From contig JACQAM010000009.1 of assembly GCA_016194975.1 (NCBI GenBank), forward strand, positions 788 through 64,787: 64,000 nucleotides of DNA. The letters run 5' to 3'. Numbering within the stretch: the first letter of the stretch is position 1; every line of letters starts with the position of its first letter. Shown in pieces: positions 30,924 through 40,531 of the stretch. Below the pieces are notes generated by a model. It made no database searches and was not told the origin of the DNA. It saw only the letters and a list, made by a program, of their open reading frames with translations. Position numbers and translations under genes: made by a program. Origin of the DNA: Bacteroidota bacterium (GTDB lineage: Bacteria; Bacteroidota; Bacteroidia; Palsa-965).

Positions 30924-31499
30924 TTATTTCGGCCCGGCGTGTGTCGTGTCATCCCGGAGCAGGTATTCCCCGGTAGGATTAGTGATCACATAGTGATTGA
31001 ACATTTCATCAGCTTCCATTCCATCGCCCCAGGTTACCTGGTCGGCAGTGGTGATCGTCACAAATGATTTGGTATAAATTTTCCTGCTTTTTCCATCCCA
31101 CGTCAATTTATCTGTAGTGAGTTTGTCTCCTTTCGAATTCACGACCACCACATTTTTATTCGCCTCCATCATGTTGTCGCGTTCAATGCGCGTCGCATTT
31201 TCAGAAGTGAGATAAGTGCTCACTTTTCCGCTGTCATCAAAAAAATCAACACGTACTCCTTTCGACATTTCCGTATGTGGTTTTCCACCCTGGAACTCAT
31301 CAACCTGTCCGGCGGTGAGATGAACTTTCATTTTTGCAGAATCGGAATAAAAAAGATCTACGTTGTGCGCAGTTTGCGTGGGAAGTGAAAGATTCTGCGT
31401 GTAATTGTGAACAGTAGCGGGATCATTTTCACAACTGCAGAAGAGCAGGAAAAATGTTCCTGAAAAAATTGCGGCTGCAGATCTCAGGAAAGCTCTCAT
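30924..31499 (-). CDS. lptC: LPS export periplasmic protein LptC (lipoprotein)
   Basis: Lipobox FCSC, LFYSDSA, GVRVDFFD, LTTDKLTWD. Confidence 0.85.
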   Translation of the reverse strand: MRAFLRSAAAIFSGTFFLLFCSCENDPATVHNYTQNLSLPTQTAHNVDLFYSDSAKMKVHLTAGQVDEFQGGKPHTEMSKGVRVDFFDDSGKVSTYLTSENATRIERDNMMEANKNVVVVNSKGDKLTTDKLTWDGKSRKIYTKSFVTITTADQVTWGDGMEADEMFNHYVITNPTGEYLLRDDTTHAGPK

Positions 31500-31506
31500 G
31501 AAAGAA

Positions 31507-33072
31507 TCAATCGTATTTGATCCGGTTGAACCACCGGTCATTGATCGTAACGCCGAATGTGACGCGGAAGAAATTTTCTTTGATCAGTTGATTATTTGTT
31601 GTGCCGCGCATTCCGTATTCGAAATTAATGGTTCCGCGCGTTACAGGTTCACCCACGCGCGTGCGATAAGGAACCGGGAATGAAAGGCTGAGATTTACAG
31701 AAGTTTCTGTAAGTTGAATTCCATGAATTTCAAGACTGGTGATGTAATATCTTGCGCCAAGCCGATACTGAATAGCGGTCAGATAATTTCCCCGCCCGAT
31801 CTGCCGCGGTTGATATTGAAATCCTGCGGTGATGCGGGTAGAATTTTTCAAACCGGCATTCACACCCAAAATTGTTGACTGGCTCCAGAGCTGCGTCATG
31901 TAATCGGCCTGAAATGCCCACTTATAATCTTTTTTCAATTCGAATCCAACTCCGCCCATGAGCGGAAGCACAACACGCGATGGAATGCCCTGTTCAGAAA
32001 TGACCGTATCGCGAAATTGTTCGAGCGTACCTATCTGTTTGTAGGTTTGCGCAAGAAGATCGTAAGAAACATTCAGCGGGGTAGATGGAGCGAACACGAG
32101 TCCCATTGACAGGCGCACTCCCGGCTGGTGAATGAAAAGTTTTTCGTGGATAATGTCGCTTCTTCTTTTGTATTCGAAATAATTATGAAAGAAATTTGTT
32201 TTTGTCACCAGCGTATCATTCAGTGATTGATAAAGCGGATTGAGGGTGAATGGCAAACGGAAAGAATACTGAACTCCATAGGTGAGATAAAGATCGTGGA
32301 AAAGCATTCGCTTGGTGATCTTCGTATTGAACGTGTACATCGAATCGGGAAAAACATCGCGTCGTACATTATTGATTGTTCCGAACATGAAAGAAGAATT
32401 CACACCGATCGAAATATTTCCCAGCGCATTTTTACATTTCAGTTTTTTACGGATGAGTGTTGTGTCGTAATCATGAACAGCGGTCGCATATTCATCCGAG
32501 AGAAGATAGTGTCGCGATAATCCTGCGAAAGGCCGAAATGCATTCACCAGAAAAAGTTGGTTTACCCCGCCCGATCCTTCGTATTTGTAAGTGACCGGAC
32601 CTATTCCCACAATGGAATCGGGACTGTTCACATTATAGCCGACGTTACTGTAAGGCATGAGTCCGAATCCGGCACCCCACCATTTTTTAACCGGAAAAGC
32701 GAGCGCCACACTTCCGAGAGAAGTTCTGTTGAAAGTAGTTTTCGCTGAGTTCGATTGCATCATCACTGTATTACTGTTGAGCGTGATCTCGTACGCAATA
32801 AGCGGATGCGACGTGAAGGATGCAGGATTTTCAAGATTGATGTATTGCGGGATGAGCGAATCATTTCTCATTCCTATTCCGCCGCCGCCCATCCCGGAAT
32901 TAAAAAGTGTTCCGTTTGCATTGAGATCACCAATGCCATAATGCGAATAAGGAGAAACCGTGGTGAGAACAGCAGGATTCGTTTGTGCATCCGAAATGAA
33001 GGGTAGTGCAATAACACAACCTGCCGCGAGGAAGAAGTTCCTTGAAATTCTAAAGCAGGTTTTTTTCATCAT
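31507..33072 (-). CDS. outer-membrane beta-barrel protein (FadL-like), conserved next to coaX
   Basis: SPYSHYGIG, NPAS, GLMPYSNVGY, GSGGVNQ, C-terminal NDRWF..KYD. Confidence 0.8.
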   Translation of the reverse strand: MMKKTCFRISRNFFLAAGCVIALPFISDAQTNPAVLTTVSPYSHYGIGDLNANGTLFNSGMGGGGIGMRNDSLIPQYINLENPASFTSHPLIAYEITLNSNTVMMQSNSAKTTFNRTSLGSVALAFPVKKWWGAGFGLMPYSNVGYNVNSPDSIVGIGPVTYKYEGSGGVNQLFLVNAFRPFAGLSRHYLLSDEYATAVHDYDTTLIRKKLKCKNALGNISIGVNSSFMFGTINNVRRDVFPDSMYTFNTKITKRMLFHDLYLTYGVQYSFRLPFTLNPLYQSLNDTLVTKTNFFHNYFEYKRRSDIIHEKLFIHQPGVRLSMGLVFAPSTPLNVSYDLLAQTYKQIGTLEQFRDTVISEQGIPSRVVLPLMGGVGFELKKDYKWAFQADYMTQLWSQSTILGVNAGLKNSTRITAGFQYQPRQIGRGNYLTAIQYRLGARYYITSLEIHGIQLTETSVNLSLSFPVPYRTRVGEPVTRGTINFEYGMRGTTNNQLIKENFFRVTFGVTINDRWFNRIKYD

Positions 33073-33790
33073 GGAAATCAAGAATGGCATGCATCCCTTC
33101 AAAAACGAGATTCGGGCGTGCAAAGATGCCATTTTTCAGGGCTTCTGCCAAAAGCGGGGAATCTCCTCCACCAATAACTACCTGCAGCCCGGGAAATGTT
33201 TTTTCATATTCGAGGATCATTCCTTTTACCTCGGCAACAGTTCCGTTGATCACACCGGAACGCAGTGAAGTAACGGTATCTTTCCCTATGAGCGGATGTT
33301 CGCCCTGAGGATCTATCATCGGAAGTTTTTCGGTGAAATGATGCATGGCTTTCGCACGCATGTGTATGCCGGGCGTGATTGCGCCCCCGAGAAAAGTGTT
33401 GTTTTTGTCAATGAGATTGTAGGTGATGCAGGTTCCCGCCATTATTGCCAAGACGTTCGATCCGTGGAAAAGTTGCCAGCCGCCAATAGCCGCCGCGATC
33501 CGGTCATAACCGAGCGATTCTTTTGAACTATAATTATTTTTCACCGGTAATGCGGTGTTCTCACCGAGCATGACCACGGGAAAAAATTTCCGCAGTTCAT
33601 CAGCAAGTTCATGCGGTACATTCACCACCGAACCGATAATCGCCGAATGGACTTCCACAGTTTTAACGAAGTTTAATATTTCTGCAACGGTCGGTGAAGG
33701 AAGAATGTCGTGACGCATGATCTTTTTGTCATCTATGAGCATCGCCTTGAAAGACGTATTTCCGAGATCGAGCAGGAGTTGCGCAGGCAT
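33050..33790 (-). CDS. coaX: type III pantothenate kinase
   Basis: LDLGNT, LGYDR, GTCIT, GGAITPG. Confidence 0.93.
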   Translation of the reverse strand: MPAQLLLDLGNTSFKAMLIDDKKIMRHDILPSPTVAEILNFVKTVEVHSAIIGSVVNVPHELADELRKFFPVVMLGENTALPVKNNYSSKESLGYDRIAAAIGGWQLFHGSNVLAIMAGTCITYNLIDKNNTFLGGAITPGIHMRAKAMHHFTEKLPMIDPQGEHPLIGKDTVTSLRSGVINGTVAEVKGMILEYEKTFPGLQVVIGGGDSPLLAEALKNGIFARPNLVFEGMHAILDFHDEKNLL

Positions 33791-33893
33791 AATGACAAAT
33801 TTACGAGCTAATTGAACGGGAAAAACAAGAATTGCATCCTGCAACGTCAGCCGGCGAAGACAAAATATTGATAATTTTCCATTGAAAATAAAA

Positions 33894-34994
33894 ATGAAGG
33901 ATCCGAAAAAAGAAGAAATTCTCATTGCGGGAGCCGGGCCATCGGGACTTGCAGCCGCTCTGTTTTTATCGGAGTATGGATTCCATCCTTCGGTGATCGA
34001 TCAGCGGAGCGATTATGTTCCGTATTCAAAAGCGTTCGGAGTGAATCCGAATACGCTGAAATTGCTGGAACGTTCAGGCGTTACAAAAAAATTTCTTGCC
34101 AATGGAAGAAAGGTTACGAAGTTCAATCTTTGGCGCGCGCGGGATCTAAAAAAAATACTGAGCAATGACCTGGGTAAAGCGGATCATGAATTCCCGTTCA
34201 TGCTTGTTCAGTCACAATCGGATTCTGAAAATATTCTGCGCGAAGAGATCAGCAGGAGAAATATCATTGTGGAAAGAGGTATTTCTCTCGAAGATCTTCA
34301 TGTGGAAGGAAATAATATTTCTATTCAAATTAAAAATTCTTCCGGTTCCATTGAAAATCGTTTAGTGGATCATCTCGTGGGTGCGGATGGCGCGCACAGT
34401 GTTGCGAGAAAAAAATCAGGAATAGATTTCGGTGGATTCAAATATGATGAGGTATGGGAATTGTATGACCTGGAAATGGAGGTTCCGTTCAGCGCAGACG
34501 AGGCGCATATTCTTCTGAGCCCGGAGGGAAGTATTTTCATGGTCCGCATTAAAGAAAAAATTTGGCGCATCGTGGGAAGCAAAAAAAATATTCTTGAAGA
34601 TATGCCCAAAGGAATTTCAAAAGGAAAGATCACTTGGAATTCTGAATTCAGGATCAATCAGAGGATGGCTTCTTCATTGCAGAAAAATAATGTAACGCTC
34701 ATCGGCGATGCGGCGCACGTTCATTCTCCATTGGGCGGCAGGGGAATGAATCTCGGAATTGAAGATGCTTTTACGTACGCACAATTGATGAGCCAAAACA
34801 GGATCGGCAGTTACGAAGCGATGAGAAAACCGTACATAAAAAAAACAGTACGTAAAATAAATTTTCTGACGAACGTGATCTCAGGAAAAAATTTTGTTCC
34901 GCGTGTGTGCCGGAGCATCCTTCCTATTCTCAGTTTCGCATCTCCGCCTTTCATGCCGGCCGCCAGAAAATTTTTGCTGGGACTTGATAAATAA
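33894..34994 (+). CDS. FAD-dependent monooxygenase
   Basis: GAGPSG, VGADGAHS, GDAAHVHSPLGGRGMNLGIEDA. Confidence 0.9.
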   Translation: MKDPKKEEILIAGAGPSGLAAALFLSEYGFHPSVIDQRSDYVPYSKAFGVNPNTLKLLERSGVTKKFLANGRKVTKFNLWRARDLKKILSNDLGKADHEFPFMLVQSQSDSENILREEISRRNIIVERGISLEDLHVEGNNISIQIKNSSGSIENRLVDHLVGADGAHSVARKKSGIDFGGFKYDEVWELYDLEMEVPFSADEAHILLSPEGSIFMVRIKEKIWRIVGSKKNILEDMPKGISKGKITWNSEFRINQRMASSLQKNNVTLIGDAAHVHSPLGGRGMNLGIEDAFTYAQLMSQNRIGSYEAMRKPYIKKTVRKINFLTNVISGKNFVPRVCRSILPILSFASPPFMPAARKFLLGLDK

Positions 34995-35079
34995 AAAATC
35001 CGGAAGACTCCGGATTCTATTTAGTGGTTCGGGGCCCATCGGCTTCGCTCTAGATCAACTCCATTGAACCGCCGACACA
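34991..35079 (-). repeat. degenerate duplicate of the tRNA-Phe 3' half plus its terminator
   Basis: 34991-35035 matches 35101-35145 (1 mismatch); ATTGAACCGCCGACACA follows a foreign insert. Confidence 0.8.
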
Positions 35080-35099
35080 ATTGAAATTATAAAAAAATA

Positions 35100-35126
35100 A
35101 ATAAAAAATCCGGAAGACTCCGGATT
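35100..35126 (-). terminator. intrinsic terminator after tRNA-Phe
   Basis: AATCCGGA-AGAC-TCCGGATT hairpin followed by a T-run on the minus strand. Confidence 0.75.
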
Positions 35127-35134
35127 CTATTTTG

Positions 35135-35207
35135 TGGTTCGGGGCGGAATTGAACCGCCGACACACAGATTTTCAGTCTGTTGCTCTACCAACTGAGCTA
35201 CCGAACC
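35135..35207 (-). tRNA. trnF: tRNA-Phe (GAA)
   Basis: GGTTCGGTAGCTCAGTTGGTAGAGCAACAGACTGAAAATCTGTGTGTCGGCGGTTCAATTCCGCCCCGAACCA folds as a cloverleaf with anticodon GAA; CCA not encoded. Confidence 0.97.
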
Positions 35208-35229
35208 AATAAGTAATGAACTCTATTTT

Positions 35230-35287
35230 TTTTCAGTCTGTTGCTCGGACCCTGTCCCGAATTTCATTCGGGAAACTCTACCGAACC
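35230..35287 (-). repeat. degenerate duplicate of the tRNA-Phe 5' half, with a REP-like hairpin replacing the D-loop region
   Basis: TTTTCAGTCTGTTGCTC...CTACCGAACC match the tRNA; insert CCTGTCCCGAATTTCATTCGGGA. Confidence 0.75.
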
Positions 35288-35300
35288 TATTCTTGGGCGG

Positions 35301-35331
35301 CAAATCTATTGATTATTTGCAAAGCGGCAAA
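35301..35331 (-). promoter_or_regulatory. Bacteroidota housekeeping promoter for the tRNA
   Basis: -33 TTTG (35328-35331), 19-bp spacer, -7 TAGATTTG (35301-35308). Confidence 0.65.
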
Positions 35332-35405
35332 ATCCTGAATGAAAACCGCTATCAGTATCACTACTTTTAATTGTCGGAATAATAATAATTATCTTGTAAG
35401 GACTT

Positions 35406-37397
35406 ATGCAGATCGGCAGGTGGAATTATCTTTTTCCGTTGTTCATGATGCTATGCGTTTCATTTCGGGTGAACGCGCAGAACGATCAAATCGATTCTTT
35501 GCTGAAAGTTTTACAAACCCAGGAAGAAAGCGATACCAATAAAGTGATCACGCTTTATAAATTATGTGCAAAGTATATTAACAGCGATACGAAGAAAGCG
35601 ATCGAATACGGAAACAAGGCGAAAGATCTCGGTGAAAAACTGAATTTCAAAAGAGGAGTTGCGTCGGCGCTGAATAATCTGGGAATTGTTTATGAGAATG
35701 AGGGCGATTATGAAAAAGCAGCCGATTGTTATCTGCGCTCGATCCGCATCAAGGAAGAAACAAAAAATATGCATGGGCTTGCTGCGACTTACAGTAACCT
35801 GGGCGAAGTTTTCGACGTGGAGAATAATTACGAGAAGGCAAGTTATTATTATAATAAATCGTTGCAGATCGCCATCAGTATTAAAGACACGCAATCGATC
35901 ATGAACTGTTATCTCAATACCGGTGTTATCGAAAGTGAAAAAAATAATGATGAGAATGCAGTTACTTATTTTCAGAAATGCCTCCATCTTGCTTTTCTCG
36001 CCGGCGATTCTTCAAGTCTCGCCGATGCGTACAGCAACATCGGTGTGGTGCGCCAGGACCAGAACATACTGGATTCAGCAGAATATTATTACGCATTGGC
36101 AACCATTGTAAGGCAAAGAACCGGTGATCAGATGGGGCTGATGAATTCCTACAATAATCTCGGGAGCGTGAATGTTACCAGGAAGAATTATCGGGAGGGT
36201 GAACGCTGGTATAAAATGAGTATCAGTATCCAGGATAAAATTCCATCACTGGAAGGATTGCAGTCGAGTTACCACGGGCTTGCTACACTCTATGATTCAC
36301 TCCGGGATTTTCAAAATGCAAAAACATATTACCTGAAATACATGACCGTACACGATTCGCTTTACAGCATGAGGTCGGTGAAAGAAGTAAATGCGATGGA
36401 ACTGAAATACGAGGAGGAAAAAAAAGAAAAAGAAGATGAAGCGAAAGCACGCGAGAACAAAATAAAATCTGATGCGGAGGCGCGCGAGCAGCGCAACCTC
36501 ATGTATTTTCTGATCATACTTATTCTGGTTGCATCCGGTTTTTCTTTTTTTCTTTTTAATCGCTTCCGTTTTATTCGCCGCCAGAAAGGCGTGATCGAAA
36601 CGAAGAATAAAGAGATCATCGATAGTATCAATTACGCGAAACGTTTGCAGGAAGCAATTCTTCCTCCTGCAAAAATGGTGGACGAAATTTTTCCGCAGAA
36701 TTTTATTTTCTATCGCCCGAAGGATATTGTTGCCGGCGATTTTTACTGGATGATGGAGAATGGGAATGATCTTTTTGTTGCAGTTGCAGATTGCACGGGA
36801 CACGGCGTGCCGGGTGCGATGGTGAGTTTCGTCTGTTCGAATGCGCTTGATCGTGCAGTGAAGGAATTCGAATTGAAAGATCCCGGAAAAATTCTTGATA
36901 AGGTTACGGAACTGCTGCTCGACACTTTCCGGAAAAGCGAACAGGAAGTGAAAGACGGAATGGACATTTCACTTTGTCATCTGAACAGAGACAACATGAA
37001 TATTTCTTTTTCAGGTGCGCACAATTCTCTGTGGATCGTTCGCAGCGGAAATCTCATTTCCCTCGATGCCGATAATCAGCCCGTCGGGAAATACGATCAT
37101 GCAAAACCATTCACGACGCATCATTTTACACTTGAAAAAAATGACGTGCTCTATTTCGGAACGGATGGATACGCCGACCAGTTCGGTGGTGATAAAGCCC
37201 GCCTGGCCGATAAAAATAAATCCGGCTCATTCGGGCAGGGAAAAAAATTCAAGACCGCCAATATCCGTAATCTGCTCGTTGCAAATGCCGGCCGCCCGAT
37301 GAAAGAACAATACGATGTGCTGGAAAAAACATTTGACCGCTGGAAAGGAAATCTTGAGCAGGTGGATGACGTGTGCGTGATGGGAATTCGCATTTAA
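35406..37397 (+). CDS. periplasmic TPR sensor + TM + SpoIIE/PP2C phosphatase
   Basis: Signal peptide, TPR repeats (ALNNLGIVY, YSNLG), TM helix, PKDIVAGDFY, ADCTGHGVPGA, TDGYADQFGG, QVDD. Confidence 0.9.
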   Translation: MQIGRWNYLFPLFMMLCVSFRVNAQNDQIDSLLKVLQTQEESDTNKVITLYKLCAKYINSDTKKAIEYGNKAKDLGEKLNFKRGVASALNNLGIVYENEGDYEKAADCYLRSIRIKEETKNMHGLAATYSNLGEVFDVENNYEKASYYYNKSLQIAISIKDTQSIMNCYLNTGVIESEKNNDENAVTYFQKCLHLAFLAGDSSSLADAYSNIGVVRQDQNILDSAEYYYALATIVRQRTGDQMGLMNSYNNLGSVNVTRKNYREGERWYKMSISIQDKIPSLEGLQSSYHGLATLYDSLRDFQNAKTYYLKYMTVHDSLYSMRSVKEVNAMELKYEEEKKEKEDEAKARENKIKSDAEAREQRNLMYFLIILILVASGFSFFLFNRFRFIRRQKGVIETKNKEIIDSINYAKRLQEAILPPAKMVDEIFPQNFIFYRPKDIVAGDFYWMMENGNDLFVAVADCTGHGVPGAMVSFVCSNALDRAVKEFELKDPGKILDKVTELLLDTFRKSEQEVKDGMDISLCHLNRDNMNISFSGAHNSLWIVRSGNLISLDADNQPVGKYDHAKPFTTHHFTLEKNDVLYFGTDGYADQFGGDKARLADKNKSGSFGQGKKFKTANIRNLLVANAGRPMKEQYDVLEKTFDRWKGNLEQVDDVCVMGIRI

Positions 37398-37488
37398 AAA
37401 AACGTCAGCTTCAATGAAATTTATGGGTATAACAGGGTGTATTGGGAACCGAACCGGGAGGAGTTGTATTGGAATACAACTTCTATTT

Positions 37489-39774
37489 TCAATAAAATCC
37501 ACCTCCATATCCGCCATGATGATTGTAATGCGGCTTCGTATTCGAAAAAGTAAGTCGCGTTAAATTATTCATCAGGTCATCGGCGCGGCCCGCAATGACC
37601 GTTATCTTCGTATCGTAATCATAACTGTAAATACATTTTCCATTCTCATCATTGATCGTCCAGGTGCCCGTATTTTTATCACGGTCGTAATGCCGCGTTC
37701 CGCAAACCGTTCCATTTTCGTACCACGACTGCCAGGTTCCGGTTGCTCTTCCGAATTTTGAATAATGTGCTTCAATTTTTTTCTGACCGTTCGGGTAATA
37801 TTCCGTGTAATTTTCTGCGGATGATCCTTTGTAAAACTGAACACCGGGAGTGAAATAATATATTTCTATACCACGATAACTGCGGAATTCCGCTTCTGAT
37901 TTTAAAGAACCGTTTTCGTACCACGACTCCTCTTTACCTATTGCACAATTATCTTTTTTTGTTTGTTCGAATTTTTTCTGTCCGTTCGCATACCAGGTCG
38001 TATAAGAAATTGTTTTCCGGTCGGCGCTCATTTTTTTCTCATAAATGAGTTGCCCATTCTCTGCAAAATATTTCCAGGTGCCGCAGGGTTGCATTTTTTC
38101 ATTGAAAGAAATTTCCATACATGGATTTCCATTGCTGAAATTGCGGGTGAAATGATAAATTTCTGCAGAATCTTCCCGGAAGGTTTCCATAAGGTTTCCA
38201 TTATGGTAAAATAAACTGTCGTTGGCGCGATCGAATCCCGGTAGTTCAACCTCCCTGCATTTTGCAAATAACATGATGCCACACGAATTGGCGAAATTGT
38301 TTACGCCGCGTGTGCAATAGAAGATCGTCGAGAATTCCTGTCCGCAATATTGAAAATGTGTATAGTAATCGAAGATCATACTATCGCCCGGCGCAAGAAA
38401 TGTTCGGTTCTGCATATCGCTCCAGCTCATACCGGGCCAATCGCTTATCGGATTGAATGTAGGAACTGTCCATCCCTGCGGTGCTGTTTGAATAGCGCGA
38501 TGAAAATTATATTGTTCGAAAAATGTGAGCGTGTAATTAAAAACCAGCGTGTCCTTCGTGGTGTTCTTAAATGGAAATTGCAAATGAACGATCTCGCCGG
38601 CGTAAACCGGTTTTTCAACGACGGTGCGCAGGTTGTAATTCGTTGAATATTCCTCTTCGCGTTTTTTCTTACCAAGATTTAACGCAAATAATTTTCCGGA
38701 ACGATCAAGCTTATTGAAAAAGAGAATTTGTTCATTGGTGCCAATGCAGAAAAGATTGGAATCGGAAAGCACAACCGTTTCATAATTATTTTCCTCGTCC
38801 TGGAATTCTCGCTGCTCCGGGCAATCGAATATTTTTTTTGCTGAAGTCCATTTTCCACCCTCCTTATTCATCATCATCACCCATGCATCGTGATTTCCAT
38901 TGGGAAGAATTTTATTTCCCCATTGCAGCCACGCGATGTGATCTCCATCGGGAGAAATGGCAAGAAGTACATCTCCGTAGGAATAATCGAAACGCAACCG
39001 TACTTCTATTTTTTCCGGAGCAGAAATACCACCGGGAATTTTTTCACAGCAGAATAACTGGTTTGCAGTAGAATTCAATGAGTCGTGCAGTTCATATAAA
39101 ATGTAATTGCTTTTTTCAGGCATGAAAAAATTCACGATGCGGCAATGCGCAGGAACGCTCAGTGGAATTTCAGTCGCCCGGTCGTTGTTTCCGTAAAGCA
39201 CGAGATGATCATTGCCATTCGATTCGTTCCAGTGAACATAACCGCCTTCGCCGAGTTGTGCGGTCCAGATGAACCTGCAGGTTTCTCCCGAACCCAGCGT
39301 GTCGATGGTGCGATACATGCCGTAAATTTTCCGGATCACCAGTAATCTGCGGTTTCCCGGCGAACAATTATTCTCTCTTTTTGTATCAAGTCCAACGATG
39401 ATCATTTTTCCATCATTGGTAGCGTGAAAAAGATAGGGCCATATTTCTCCTTTACAAATCGTGACTGAATTATGCCGATCTACATCATTGGTGTTGGTTA
39501 TTTTCAATCCTTCCGGGTCATAATAATAAACCGAATTGCCATCGGGCGTTAATTGCGCGTAATCAGAAAAATCAGTTCTAACCTCAGGCATATAAGTGAG
39601 TGAAGAAAGAAAACTATCGGTGTTTGCAATATTCCACGGCCAGCCCGCCTGGTAACTGGTCCAGGAAAAATTTTTTCCGTCGGCAGATACATGAAAATTC
39701 TCCGGCCTGTTCTGCGAATGAAGAACAGGGAAACAAAATAAAGTGAATGAAAAAAAATAATAACGCATTGACAT
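37489..39774 (-). CDS. exported multidomain protein: beta-propeller-like N-terminus, Ig-like middle, MORN-variant repeats
   Basis: Signal peptide; ISPDGDHIAW; FPFKNTTKDTL; repeated WYxNG/YYPNG units. Confidence 0.65.
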   Translation of the reverse strand: MSMRYYFFSFTLFCFPVLHSQNRPENFHVSADGKNFSWTSYQAGWPWNIANTDSFLSSLTYMPEVRTDFSDYAQLTPDGNSVYYYDPEGLKITNTNDVDRHNSVTICKGEIWPYLFHATNDGKMIIVGLDTKRENNCSPGNRRLLVIRKIYGMYRTIDTLGSGETCRFIWTAQLGEGGYVHWNESNGNDHLVLYGNNDRATEIPLSVPAHCRIVNFFMPEKSNYILYELHDSLNSTANQLFCCEKIPGGISAPEKIEVRLRFDYSYGDVLLAISPDGDHIAWLQWGNKILPNGNHDAWVMMMNKEGGKWTSAKKIFDCPEQREFQDEENNYETVVLSDSNLFCIGTNEQILFFNKLDRSGKLFALNLGKKKREEEYSTNYNLRTVVEKPVYAGEIVHLQFPFKNTTKDTLVFNYTLTFFEQYNFHRAIQTAPQGWTVPTFNPISDWPGMSWSDMQNRTFLAPGDSMIFDYYTHFQYCGQEFSTIFYCTRGVNNFANSCGIMLFAKCREVELPGFDRANDSLFYHNGNLMETFREDSAEIYHFTRNFSNGNPCMEISFNEKMQPCGTWKYFAENGQLIYEKKMSADRKTISYTTWYANGQKKFEQTKKDNCAIGKEESWYENGSLKSEAEFRSYRGIEIYYFTPGVQFYKGSSAENYTEYYPNGQKKIEAHYSKFGRATGTWQSWYENGTVCGTRHYDRDKNTGTWTINDENGKCIYSYDYDTKITVIAGRADDLMNNLTRLTFSNTKPHYNHHGGYGGGFY

Positions 39775-39783
39775 TTTATCGGA

Positions 39784-40458
39784 TCAGGGTACAATGATCT
39801 CATCTTCATTTATTCCGCCCCATTCCACCACGGTAAAACCTTTACGCGGTACTGCAGTGAAATTCCGGGGGCAAATTGAAATTCTTTCCGGAACAGATTT
39901 GAACAGCATAAAAACACGAATGCTGGTTTGAGGCGCCGGGTCAATATCGAGTTTCACCAGCTGTGCATGTTCTTCGTTGGGGGAAGTGATGAGATTCAAT
40001 TTATTTTTTTCCATCATCGGCACCCAGTAGGAAATGAATTCATCGTATTCAACAGGAAGCAATCCCATCTGCGGTAAAATATTTTCCAGAAATATTCTGC
40101 TGCTGTCACCGCTTACCACAAAACCTTTTTCGAAGGAATAATCATGATCATCACTTGCTTCGTAAAACAAATAAGGATAATTTTTTTCCCGTCCTGCATC
40201 AGCGTTGTTGGTCAGTTTTCCATCAGCCGAAGCAGAAACCTTCCATCCGTCATTGTAAAATGGTTCAGAAAATGTTAGCGGAAAAGGTGAATTTATTTTT
40301 ACAGAAATATTTTCGGTCTTTTCAGGATAGAGATAAATCACGGGCTTGCGTTCCTGGTAGTGGCCTCTTCTCCGGTTATGAATAAAATCAACACGGCATG
40401 CCGTTATAAAAAGCAGCACTGCAAAAAATCCGAAAAAAATAATTCCGCGAAATTTCAT
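39784..40458 (-). CDS. conserved hypothetical lipoprotein
   Basis: Lipobox ITAC; RKPVIYLYPE, YPYLFYE, EFISYW, RKGFTVVEWGG signature. Confidence 0.75.
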   Translation of the reverse strand: MKFRGIIFFGFFAVLLFITACRVDFIHNRRRGHYQERKPVIYLYPEKTENISVKINSPFPLTFSEPFYNDGWKVSASADGKLTNNADAGREKNYPYLFYEASDDHDYSFEKGFVVSGDSSRIFLENILPQMGLLPVEYDEFISYWVPMMEKNKLNLITSPNEEHAQLVKLDIDPAPQTSIRVFMLFKSVPERISICPRNFTAVPRKGFTVVEWGGINEDEIIVP

Positions 40459-40531
40459 TAATGAAAAGATACAAAAAAGACATGAGAAATATCCCATGTC
40501 CTGAGTCTGTCTGGTTAAAGATTTCTTCCGC

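Noticed and set aside
34991..35207. Intact integrative element at tRNA-Phe
   Set aside because: The duplicated 3' end is only ~110 bp from the tRNA, with no integrase or cargo between, so it is at most a scar.
37489..38200. YwqK-type toxin-antitoxin system
   Set aside because: MORN-variant repeats alone are generic, and no adjacent toxin gene is recognisable.
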